DNA of 63,783 bases, the filler included, from Bipalium vagum (taxonomy: Eukaryota): assembly GCA_037834085.1 (NCBI GenBank). It is 3 parts of 3 records of this genome, joined end to end, with 100 filler letters (N's around TTAATTAATTAA, not from the genome) between each part and the next. Parts side by side here need not be neighbours in the genome. Positions count along the whole stretch, not along the records: positions 27,411 to 47,961 come from JBBMKC010250476.1; positions 48,062 to 63,783 come from JBBMKC010149827.1; 1 more part is not named here. One strand, written 5' to 3'. Position numbers and translations under genes: made by a program. Positions 41,101 to 52,277 of the stretch are shown here, piece after piece (the first letter of the stretch is position 1; each line of letters starts with the position of its first letter). The notes beneath the pieces are model-generated. The model saw nothing but the letters and a program-made list of their open reading frames with translations. It did no database searches and was not told the origin of the DNA.

Positions 41101-44100
41101 AATACTTGTAATAAAATATTTATTTTAGTTCAACAAAAATATATATGTATTATAAATTCATTATTTGTTTTGATTTTCGTGAATATCTTTTTACTTTTGA
41201 TTGTTGATATTTAAGAGTTTTTTTTAATAATCTTTTGAAGTACAACAAAATCAGTTGGTTATTTTATTGAATCGATTAATCGCATTAAAACAAATAAATA
41301 TAACTATCCATTTTAATCATTACCCAGTTGATTAAAAATATTATTCATTTTTAAACCGAACGTTAACACACTCTAAATATTTATGATTACAAAAGATATT
41401 ACGAGCTACGTTAAGTTTTATTGTTTTAATTAGCACCTCCATACATCTATCTATCCATTTATAAAACTTAACAATATATATATTCGAATAAATAATGTTT
41501 GGCATTTTTCCTGTTGAAACTTGTTACATTTGTCATACAAAAGTAGCAGTCGTTGTGATGATCACTCTGCTCTCTCCATGACAATGGGATGTTAAGGGAT
41601 AATTGACAGATTTGAAGAACATTTCTTACATACTGTTTGAGAAGCGAATAATTTTGCTTGTTCACCTAATTACATCTTGAAATATTTTGGATACCTGTTC
41701 TTTATGGTGTCCGAGATTTTCATTCTGGATTCCTTAAAAACATATTGCCCACATATGTAACAAAAGTGGTTTTGATTTTTGACACAGCATCTTGTAGAAA
41801 TATTTTCGAAAATTTGCTCGAATATTTCAATTGAACATGTAAACAAATGATTATAATCATTAATCATGATTATAATTATTACAATTCTAGTATTTCTTAT
41901 AATTATATTGATTTTTCCTAAAATAAAAAAAGAATGTTCAGAAGAAATGAGATGTGATGGACTATAAAAGTATACATTTTTAAGATCAGCGTAAAAACTC
42001 TATAAGGATGGACTAATTTTATTTCAGGAAAAATTTGGACTTCACGTAGTGTTATTAATGTAATCACCATTATGTTGGAGCACATTTTGTCAAAGACGTT
42101 GTAGATCACTGATGATGTCATTATAAAAGGTTATTGATTTACTGCTCAAATAGTCTTGTCATTATTTGTGAAGTTTTTGAAGTTCAAGTAGTTCTGCAAA
42201 GCCAGTAATAGATGATAATCTGTTAATGCCAGATCAGGAGAATAATGTAGGTGTGCGAGAACTAACTGCAAAAGTTTTTCACGACTAAAGCTATAAACGT
42301 GTGGTCTATGATTATCATGCAAAAACATTGAAATATTTAATTCCGATAATTTGTCTGCAATTACATCTAGCCCTCGTTGCAATCGCTGACAGTATAATTC
42401 ATCATTGACAGTTTGCGATCCACCATTTCCCAGTGAATTATACCTTTTATATCCAACAAAAACCAAACCATTAATTTAGAAGAGTTTCTGGGCCTGAACC
42501 ATTGTCTACCTAGTTTCTGTCATTAATCCTTACAGCAGTAACGGTCGAAGTCTGTCAGCTAGTAAGAGATGCATGCGTCAAATATTTTGACTTTTCCAAT
42601 CTCCTTCAAATGACGTAAGTAAGCGGTGTGATTGTCACGAAATTTTTTAAAAAGCTCACATGATGTTATATGTGGACCTGCTTCATATTTTAAATAATAT
42701 TTTTAGAACTAATCAAAACTGAATTTTGGAAATATCATTTACAATTATTAAAAATATGACCGAACTTGGAATCCTAAAGATTAACACAATATTTATATTA
42801 TTTTAGTTAATTTTTATTTCATATGAAAATATAAAATATAAGTTATAAAATGAATAAATGCGATAGAAATCTAATTTACAAAATTATAACAGTAATAAAA
42901 AATAAATTCAGACTAATAATTCACATAGTCGTGGCTTTAATTTATCGGCACCCTGTCATTTATTTACTTCTATTCCAGTGGACTCTGGTTTCTTCCTCCA
43001 AATAAAACGTCAATGCAACTATCTATAAAACGATTTTAGAAGAAAAAGTTAAACCATTTCCTAAAATTAAAAATTATGATTATTTCCAAAATGATTGAGC
43101 GCCGTGTCATCAGGCATGCATCAGCAAGGTTTAGGTTATCAATAATAACATTATTTTCCTGGGTCTATGGCCAAGAAACTCCAGATCGATCGCCCATTGA
43201 GAACTTCTAGAAAGTTCTAAAACGAAGTATCACTGCATAATCCTACGTCATACCTAAATTTGATTGAAATAATTAAACTTGTTTGTGTTAACGAAATTAC
43301 AATTGTTCAAAATTTATTGATTCGATGCCGAACAGGTTGACTGGAGTACTTGCGGAAAAGGATAAACACATGAAATATTAGTGATATCGTATGTATACTA
43401 AAAATTATGTAAAAATTTACTGCTTGTACATTTTTTCATAAATCTTTTGTAACGAAATACATTCTTAAAATCATTTCACAAAATTGAAGGTTGCTGATGA
43501 ATTAATTACTGTAAATTAATTATTTTTAATTAATAAAACCAGAATATATTTTCCGATGATTACAAATTAGTTCATTTTCCAATAATTCAAACAAAAATGC
43601 AAACTAATTATATAATAAGAGGCTTATTGTATAATTAGTTTGATAAAAAATGTTAAATTTAGCCAAATTAATTGGATAGTCATAAAAAAAGTTAAAATAG
43701 TAAAGTTGTGTAATATAATGATAAAAAACTATAAAAATACTTATTTATTCAATAAATGAGCATAAAATTTATTCAATGACCAAATCAATGATTAATTATT
43801 AATAACACTTAACTTCTGACTTTCTGCAATTTTCTCTTTGAACAATTTACTATAAATATAATGTCTCAAAATATGCCAGTTATTCGAGTTATTTGAAATT
43901 CCCATGGATTTGATGACAATGCAAACTATACATTTTTAAGCCACATACTAACTATATTAAATACCTGTTTTGTCAAATTTAAGAATAATATTGCAATTGA
44001 TAACAATGCGCAAAATATCTGTTTTTCCATGTTTAATAATATAATTAAAATAATTATTTAATCAAAGTATTGTTATACTATTTGGATAGTCACATATTCA

Positions 44101-45757
44101 GTCTAGTCCTGCTATTAGACAATATCTGTTAAATAAATAAAAATATTTATTGATCAAAAGTTCATAATAAAAGAATGAGTAAAACTAATTCTTCATAATA
44201 ATTTCAGAATAATGATAGTTGATTAAAACAAAAAATAACCATAAATAAAAATTATTATAAATTAGATTTTTTCAATAATAATTAATTAAAACTCCATTCC
44301 AACCTCTGCGTATCGGCTACAATCAGCTCCTCTTTTAATCAATTGATCACAAAGTTCTTCGTACCCACGAATCACAGCACAATGCAAGGGCGTTAACCCC
44401 ATCTGTAAAGAATGTAGTTTTAAAGCGTACAATTCATAAAACTCACAAATCCATCTTGATCTATATTTTGAGAACAATCAATCAAATATTGACAATTTTC
44501 AATCATTCCGTTACAAATGGCTTCGTGTAGCGGACTTTGATGATACTAAAAATTAAAAAAACAAAAGGTAATCGATTTAAAAAGAAAATTTTAGTGATAT
44601 GCACACCTTGTTTTGAGTATTACAATTGACATTAAAATCTTTCAGAATTCTTGTACATTTTTCATGGCACAAGGTAATAGAGAGTGCTAGAGCAGTACCT
44701 AACACCTGGAACCAAATTCAATCAATTATATTCTGAAACACCAGGTATCAAAGTCACTTCATGATTGTTATTAGGATCAACCAGGTCTCTTGACAAAATG
44801 AATTCCAACATATCTGGGTCGTTATTACAGACCGCTGAGTGTAAAATTGAAAAATTTGCCTTCAATGAAAACATTGGAGATAAATATCAATGTTAGGAGA
44901 AAATCGACAATACTTTCTCTTTGTATTTAAGTAAAGATTCCATATCTGATATCGTTTCATAAATATTACGATAACCTTTGTTCAGAGCAATTTTCTTTGC
45001 CTTCTCCCATGTCTGAATGAAAAAAATCATAAATAAATATTCATACTTCCTTTCCTACTTCACTATTAAAAATGTTCTTCTTCAATATGTCTCGAAGAAG
45101 GCGAAAATGACCTTTCTCTGCTGCTACTTCTAAAAACGAACATGGAATCTGAACAAAATTCAATCAAAATAAAAAATAAAAATATATATACAAGTTTTCG
45201 TTGCCGGTTTATGACATCGGCACTACAAAGCAATTGGAATCCATTTTCTTCATGGTCTCTTATCGATTTGTAGAACATTATCTAAGACAATGAATGATGA
45301 TAAGAAAGCATTAGTGCAATAACCTCTTTCCATATTTGAGTGTTTTCTGATTTCGGATCATTTTCCATAGCAACTTTCATGCAATAAATTTCCTGAAACA
45401 AAATCACAAAATCACATATTGCATAAAGTAATTTACCGAAGTATCAATTGGTCTTTTCATGTACAATTTAAAGGCTTTATTTTCTTTTATGTTTAGGGAC
45501 TTCTCGAGGAAAGGTAATCTATGCTAAAGAAAGTGATTATCGATATTACATTAACTACTTAAAAAATATACTTGATCATTGGATGTACTCAAGTTTTCAG
45601 AAGACTTCTCCTGATCAGTTACTATGGAATTACGAATCTGTAAATGAAATTTTAATGTTATTACTTCTAAATTATAATGTCTTGAAAATATATTGAAAAC
45701 ATAATTGAAAACTTTTTTACTTCTACTTAAATGTTCATTTAAATATTTTCCTTTCAT
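35200..45757 (-). CDS. Ankyrin-repeat protein with C-terminal C3HC4 RING (Mind-bomb-like tail), putative E3 ligase. Exons include 45637-45572, 45523-45437, 45392-45324, 45281-45192, 45148-45059, 45012-44914, 44859-44758, 44705-44607, 44545-44447, 44402-44304, about 43924-43814, 36757-36462, 36420-36317, 36252-35652, 35604-35386, 35343-35200
   Basis: Ankyrin motifs SILHSAV, SPLHEAI, GLTPLHCAVIRG, GNSLLHLAV, GFTPLSA, NQTPLQVAI. RING CAICLDREVDTVFDCGHTICEICSEKLIRCPFC...KRLYFS*. The first exon and the 44300-43960 junction are unresolved. Confidence 0.82.
36931..38513 (-). mobile_element. Near full-length Tc1/Tc3-like transposon (pseudogenised, ATG 38167, stop 37197) with IR/DR-type ends, in an intron of the ankyrin-RING gene
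   Basis: TA-CAGTGCGACACAAATTTATTTACGCAC...GTGCGTAGATAAATTTGTGTCGCACTA-TA. Inner repeat CGACACAAATTTATTTACGCAC near 37119. WSDEKKFNSDGPDG and SPDLNPIDNMWGILARRVY motifs. Confidence 0.93.
39221..40865. mobile_element. Cluster of putative solo-LTR-like segments (about 39221-40129 and 40152-40865)
   Basis: Blocks start TGTTACAC(AA)CC.TT(T)AC and end in ACA, are non-coding and strand-biased. No TSD verified. Confidence 0.4.
41468..41800 (-). mobile_element. Chapaev(3)-like DNA transposase N-terminal Cys/His domain, pseudogenised fragment
   Basis: RCCVKNQNHFCYICGQY...YFKM*LGEQAK...VCKKC...IPLSWREQSDHHNDCYFCMTNVTSFNRKN matches the FCYICG / WREP..H..DCYFC pattern. The family name is from memory. 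Confidence 0.7.
42146..42700 (-). mobile_element. Decayed mariner (DD34D) transposase
   Basis: FLHDNHRPHV and HYSPDLALTDYHLLLALQNYL motifs. Confidence 0.85.
42924..43513 (+). mobile_element. Internally deleted Tc1-like element
   Basis: Degenerate TIRs (TTAATTTATCGGCACCCT / AGGTTGCTGATGAATTAA) and YKTILEEKV, FQND*APCH, WPRNS..SPIENF motifs. Confidence 0.7.
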
Positions 45758-46189
45758 TTTTATGGTGAGAAGTAGGGGAAAGAAATATTTAGATTCGTAA
45801 AAAGTATATTATTATGGTCAATGTAATTCTTATAAAATTAAATTTTCTTAATCAAAATATTAATTTTAAACAAAAATGTTATTCCAAAATTAGAGTAACA
45901 AGACATTTCATGCGCGTAAATTGAAGAGACTATTTGTACGAAATAACAAAACAAAATAAATGTGGATTCCAAACAACAAAGGAAAATTAACTGATAGCAC
46001 CAATCGGATGGAATTACTTAATTTATTCGTTTAGTTTTAAAATCATTTTTTAAAATTTAATTACGATTAATTAATTATTTAATTTTGGTTTTCTAATTGT
46101 AATAAATATGTATTATGATACAAGAAATAATCAGATTTTTTAAATAACCAAAGCATGGTAATTTCGAAACAAAAATAAAAAATAATTTT

Positions 46190-47140
46190 TTTAAAATAAT
46201 GGCCTTTGTTATCCACAAATTTCTTCATTCTTTCAGTCAATTTATGGATGCCATTCTAAAAGAACTTTTCTGGTTTCGAGGAGAAACATCCAGAGACCCA
46301 ATTTTAGACATCTTCGCACGATTTGAATTGCTGCTCAGGAAGTCAATGTGCCATTCAACGGAGCAGGTGAAATCTAAAGGAGCAAGATCTAGTAAATATG
46401 GTGGGTGAGTACTTCCCATTTCATCTTTTAACATGTTTTAACTGCTTTAGAAGTGTGAGGCGTTGTTTTGTCATGTATAAGAATTACTTTGCCATATCTA
46501 TTGACCCATTCTGGACGTTTAATTATTAAAGACTGATTCAGCTGGGCTATTTGGGTTTGGTATCCCTGAATTAATACTTTTACCTTTTCTGAGAAGCTCA
46601 TGGTACACTACGCCTAGCTGATCCAACCAGACACAGAGTATTATTTTCTGGTATTGCAATTTGTTTTGATGGTTTACCTGGGTTAACCCATGCTTTCGTA
46701 CATTTTGGATTTTCAAAATAGATTCGCTTTTCATTTCCTATCAATAGTCGATGGTTTTCTAGTCTTTCATTCAATTAATGAGGCACCCGTTTTCCTTCCT
46801 TTAAAATCTTACCCATATCATGTAAGCACGCGCTTATTGCTTCCTGGGTAAGGTCTAATCTTATGGAGAGTTGATTTTGCAATTGAAATTTGCAATCTTC
46901 ATCCAATAATTTTTGTAAATCGTGGTTTTCAAATTTGGAAGAACGACCTGGGAGTTCTTTATTCTTTAAGCTGAAATCATTACTTCTGAAGCGGTGAAGC
47001 CAACGCTCGCATGTGTCCTGATATACTAAATGTTTTCCATAAAAATCGCATAATATCCTGGAGCTTTCTGCAGCAGTATTGTTCATCATGAAGTAAAGAA
47101 TGAGAAATTCCCGCAAGTGTTCTTTGGTTGGCGTAAATGT
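46190..47140 (-). mobile_element. Mos1-like mariner transposase pseudogene
   Basis: PTKEHLREFLILYF...TAAESSRIL...TCERWLHRFRSNDF...GKILKEGKRVPH; LCVWLDQLGVVYHELL; HPPYLLDLAPLDF. Frameshifted. Confidence 0.92.
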
Positions 47141-47529
47141 TTAAATAGTTAGATCTAAAATTTTTGAAATTATTAACATATTATGAAAATTTAAATGATT
47201 ACCCTATTAATTAGATATTATTCAAACAAATTGATTTATATTTCAATTCACAAATATATTTCGATATCTCACTAAATCTATTGTTTATTCGCATTATTTA
47301 TTTGTAACCCTTATATAAAAGACTTTTCATCCGGTTATACTTAACATTTCAAATAAATAATTAAGTTAAGAAATTAGTTATTTTGGTTGGTTAATATATC
47401 ATTTTTTGACGTTCAAACAATACGTATTACTTAGCGCATATCTAAATTTCACATTTAATTAGAACAGGTATAAATCTTTAACTATTGATAAATTAATTTG
47501 AATAACTTTTAAAATTATAGTTTAACATC

Positions 47530-47961
47530 ATGGATTTTAATAAAGAGCACATTTATCATTGTATTCTCTTCCAGTTTAAAATGAGGCAGTGAGAAATATT
47601 ATGAATCCAAACGCAATCCCTGTCCGTCAATGATAGAATCGCATAAAAATTTTCGAAAAGCAAAATTTGGAATCACAAACTTTGGTTAGATTTTTTTCAA
47701 CCTTTTTTCCAATTACCGGGAAAAAAACGAAGCTAACGGATCGGGACAGACGACGAATTATGCAATCTGCAGAATATGGAGACCAATCATCAAGTCAAAT
47801 TGTAAAATCGATGGCTCTCCCAGTAACCTCTTGAAGAGTTAGGCAATTGTTGAAAGATAACCCGCATTTGAAATGGAGAAAGCATCAAAGTGCACCAAAT
47901 TTAAAAACTCATCACAAGAAAGCTCGGCTCGATTTTTCAAGGAAATATATGACTTGGAATG
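47530..47961 (+). mobile_element. Mariner N-terminal fragment followed by a Tc3-like transposase fragment cut by the linker
   Basis: MDFNKEHIYHCILFQFK; KLTDRDRRRIMQSAEYGDQSSSQIVKSMALPVTS*RVRQLLK...PNLKTHHKKARLDFSRKYMTWN. Confidence 0.8.
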
Positions 47962-48061
47962 NNNNNNNNNNNNNNNNNNNNNNNNNNNNNNNNNNNNNNN
48001 NNNNNTTAATTAATTAANNNNNNNNNNNNNNNNNNNNNNNNNNNNNNNNNNNNNNNNNNNN
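47962..48061. other. Artificial contig linker 44N-TTAATTAATTAA-44N
   Basis: Same 100-nt structure as 27311-27410. Confidence 0.97.
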
Positions 48062-48789
48062 TACAAAAGCCAAACGGAAAAAGAATTGAGAGGAATGTCG
48101 AGAAAATTTTAAAAATTTTAAGAACGGGGGTATGAGGAAGCTAATCAGACCTGGGGAATTTTTTAATTATTTTAAAATATTATAAAATTTAATAAAAAAA
48201 AGAATTTCCAGGTCTGAGAAAAATTTTTTAAATATTATTTGTTTTATCACTTAATAAAATCTATTCAAAAAATGTCTTCTAATTCTGAGTATAAGCCGAT
48301 TGATATTAACAATTAACATTAAATATTTATAATCATCGTCCGTCTTCATTAAATACATTTCCTTAAAAGTTTTATCTAAGTAACTATTTGCGGTACTATT
48401 AAAATATTTTTTTAATTTTTATTTAATTAATTATTAATTGTAATAAAAGGTTTGTTTATATGTAATACTTTTTATTTAATATATATTTCTAATAGCAACT
48501 TCATAAACTAATTATCGTATATTATATTATGACTTTGAATTCGTTGGTTATCATTGATGAATGCATTCTGGTCACTTGTCGGTTTTTTACAACTAAGATA
48601 GAATGAGGTTCTTTTTTCGATTCGATTTGTTTAAATCATTTTTTTCAAATTTATATAAAATTAAAAATTTTTTATTCATTTTAACACTTTTTATACTTAT
48701 AAAATAAAAGGCCAAAGCAATGTCTTAGAGATTAATCGAAAACCAAGTTTTTGCTAACTGTTTTTTTGATATTCGTGAATGCTCAGAAC

Positions 48790-48935
48790 AGATTAGAAAT
48801 CTGATTTAAAAACTCTTGGATCATCCATCATGATAACACACCAGCTCACACTTCATTGCTTGTGCGTATTTTTTCAGTATTTTTAGTAATATCATTGAAC
48901 AAATTCCATATTTATACGATGTCGCGTCCTGTAAT
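48790..48935 (+). mobile_element. Short mariner catalytic-domain fragment
   Basis: WIIHHDN-(frameshift)-PAHTSLLVRIF motif. Confidence 0.65.
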
Positions 48936-50299
48936 AATTTTTAAATTTAACATATTAAGTTAAATATAAATATTTAAATAAATTTACTTTACTCCAAAAA
49001 ATTTCAACTAAAATAATTCCAAGGCCTTTTTTGTTAATTGAACTTCTGCTATTTTCAAAAGATTAGAATATAAATAGACGACCAATAGGAATGCACTTAC
49101 TAACAGCCAATATTTAAAAAGAACCCAGAATGAAAACTTGTATTGGCTTTACATTTATTGCATATCTTATTTCAGCATTTTACATCTCAGTAATTTTTGA
49201 TAAGAGCTGAGGTTACACCGCAACCCTTCAATATAAAATTGTATTATATAAATTCTTACTTATACTGTGAATTATAGTAAATTTTCAGCTTTATTTATGT
49301 AAATACTTTTAATAAAATTATTTTACATACTTTGAAAGTGGAAATTGTCAAAAATGGATAAAGGGCTAGAAATGGATTTGGAAAAAATTAAAATGAAAAG
49401 ATTAAAGGATATTATTAAAAAAATTGAAAATAAAGATATGCAAAACAAAAAATATAAAAATCAGATAATTTGGTTATAAATGGGCATCGTATAGGACCTA
49501 TATATACTATAGGTATAAGTACTTGGCCCTTTCAGGGATAATTAAGGTTTTGTGAAGGTCACCATTAGAAAAAAGAATAACGGAAACCTTTCAATCTTCG
49601 AAACTCTAAATGAGACGATGCTACAAGCCAAATAAGTAGGTCCATATCTTCCAGGAACGACCCTCTGTTAAACTATAGTAATCAAAACTGGAGAAGACAA
49701 CATTTTTTATACTTATTTTTTTATTGTTTTTATTGTTATAAGGCAACTGGGTTAGAGGAATAGTCAAACATGCTAGTTATTAACATTGTATTTGTTGTGA
49801 ATAGGGTTTAGATTTTTTGGGGGATTACGTTATTGTTTTGATGGTGATTTATTGCTGAAATTTATTAAAATCTTCTAGATTTAGATACTAATGAGGTAAG
49901 AATGAATTTTAAACAGATGAGGAATGAAAGATGATTTATCATTTAAGAGAACAGTTGGGAAAATATGAGAGCTATTAATTAGAACCCAAGCTGATCCGAA
50001 GTTTGAGAAGATTAAACAAAATGTTTTATTTTGGAGTTCTGGGAAAATCCTTGCCTAAAATATTTTCAGACACACCAGTGAGAATCTCTCGTAATATTAA
50101 TATGTTTTTATATATATTTAATTTAGTTACTAAATATATATATATATAAATAATTCTATTAAAAAGTTACAATGTATTACAGGGAATAATTTTATTTATA
50201 TTGCGATAATTTTAATGGAATTAGGATAAATTATTAATATAAGGGTATATTATAATTTATTTTGGAAATTCTTAAAATATAATTAAATACCATTATGTT

Positions 50300-51700
50300 A
50301 TAATTGTCCTTGTTCTTCGTTTCCACTTTGTTCACGACGTAGTCACCGACTTCAAAATTCCTTTTTGTAATCCATTTCACTTCCGTCTTATCCACCTTCT
50401 CTCTCGACGGATACTATCTTTCTCGATCTATGCGCCTGCCAAAAACAATCTCCGCCTTGTTCCTTTCCATCGTCTTCTGCAATGTTGGGTTTAATCAAAA
50501 CTCGACCTCTGACAAAAGTTCCTTCCAATGGAACTCAAAACCTTGCCCCATCTAAGGCGTCTAGTTTCTCATCCACATTTGGCATCGGAAATTCCTGTCT
50601 TTTTGTCACTGCCTTTAACTGCAAAAATAAAAATATATACGGATATCTTTGTTTTCCTTCTTTCAGATACAATTCAACGGCGTGTTCCAAGGCGAATTAC
50701 ATTTTTTAAATTATCACATATGTTCTAGGCGGTCTCTTGTATCTTCTCCACTAGGTTCATCGGCTGTCTAAAAGGCTTAAGATAACTTGGACCTCCTGTC
50801 GTCCGGATATGGTGTTTCACTAGATTGGTGCAGCCGATATCTCACTTGTTGGTCATGAAAACATCCTCGTTCACTTGTATTATCTGCCTCAGCCACATGT
50901 TGCTTGTCACTCCTGTTAGTTCTACTGCTTTCTTAAAACGCTCTCCACCATGACTTCATTGCCAAAGTTTCCTTGAATATCACATATATGAATCTTCTCT
51001 TTCCTTTCCTTCAGTTTTGATATACCAGGAATTTTCTTTAACTAATCTAAATCCAAATTCCTTCTGGATATTTATTCCACCGATTAAATCCAGTGTGACT
51101 TCCTCTACTACTGTAAAATTCAGCAGTTTTGAATCATTTGTTCACCGGAATTGAGCATTTTCCAACTATTTCCATTTGGATATTGTTTGCACACCTCAAC
51201 CTGTCATTACTTCTCACTATTTCCACGACCTTAATCTTATTCAAAATTTTCATACTGCTCCACTGACCTCAGATTCCTTCAGTCATCAATCTCATCAAAT
51301 CTTTAATTTCACTTCCTTTCCCCAGGCTTAGCATTCTGACTTGCCGTGCGACCTCGTCATCTTTAATACATTGTACCAATAATAGTGCCTAAAGGTTTTC
51401 AATGGTCAGATTATGTACCAGTGCTCTTTCTACCAATGCCTTTACTTTCCTAAAAAAAAACTTTAATAACCTCACTGTCCCATCTATACGTTATTAACTC
51501 TTCAAATTTCATTTCTACAACATCTGATAATTACTTTTAATTTCTGAGCTTTAAAGTCTGAGAGATTCATTTATGGCTCACCTTGGCCAAACAAAACGGT
51601 CAGATATGAGGATTAATTCAAATGACTCTCCTTGTTGGAAAGTTAATTAATGTCTCCACGGTTCAGCCAAGATTATTGCATAACAGAATTTTGCCTAAAA
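50300..51700 (-). mobile_element. Ty3/Gypsy LTR-retrotransposon relic (protease, RT start and integrase tail; internally deleted)
   Basis: FTVVEEVTLDLIGGINIQKEFGFRL (protease C-terminus), GCTNLVKHHIRTTGGPSYLKPFRQP (RT N-terminus), FEVGDYVV (integrase tail). Many stops. Confidence 0.75.
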
Positions 51701-52277
51701 ATAAATTTATATATTCTTAATTGTATTATTAATATTATTGTTACTATTAATTAATCTTATTTTATTACATTTTTATTATTATAGACCATTAGTGGCCGTG
51801 CCTTTTGGCGAACCCAACACTCTTATAAAACCTAATTAAACTATTCAAGTCTTTAAATCAATTTCTTTAATTTTTAAAATAGTGTCTTAGAGATTTCTTA
51901 GCATACACTGAATTTAAATATAATTAAAATTTATTTTAGTTGTAAATATTATTTTATATTAAATATTGGTAAATATTATATATTCTTATCCAAAATATTG
52001 TTTATTTCTTGTGAAAATTACAAGGATTGAGTATCAATCTATAAAGTATTAGAATATTAGTAAAGGCAAGTGAATATTTTTTTATTATCTTAAATAAATT
52101 ATATGGTAAAATTTAATCAAATTATAATTGATAAATTCATATTTGCAATTTAAGTTTTTAGATTTAAAAAAAATTTTTATTAGTTATTAAAAATAAATAA
52201 AAGTAAAATTAAAAGATAAAAATATGAAAATTAATAAGAATCTATAGAAAATAATATTTGTTTTATTGTATTACTTT

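Noticed and set aside
49370-50060. GC-richer block possibly from a retroelement
   Set aside because: No diagnostic motif could be read in any frame; left unassigned
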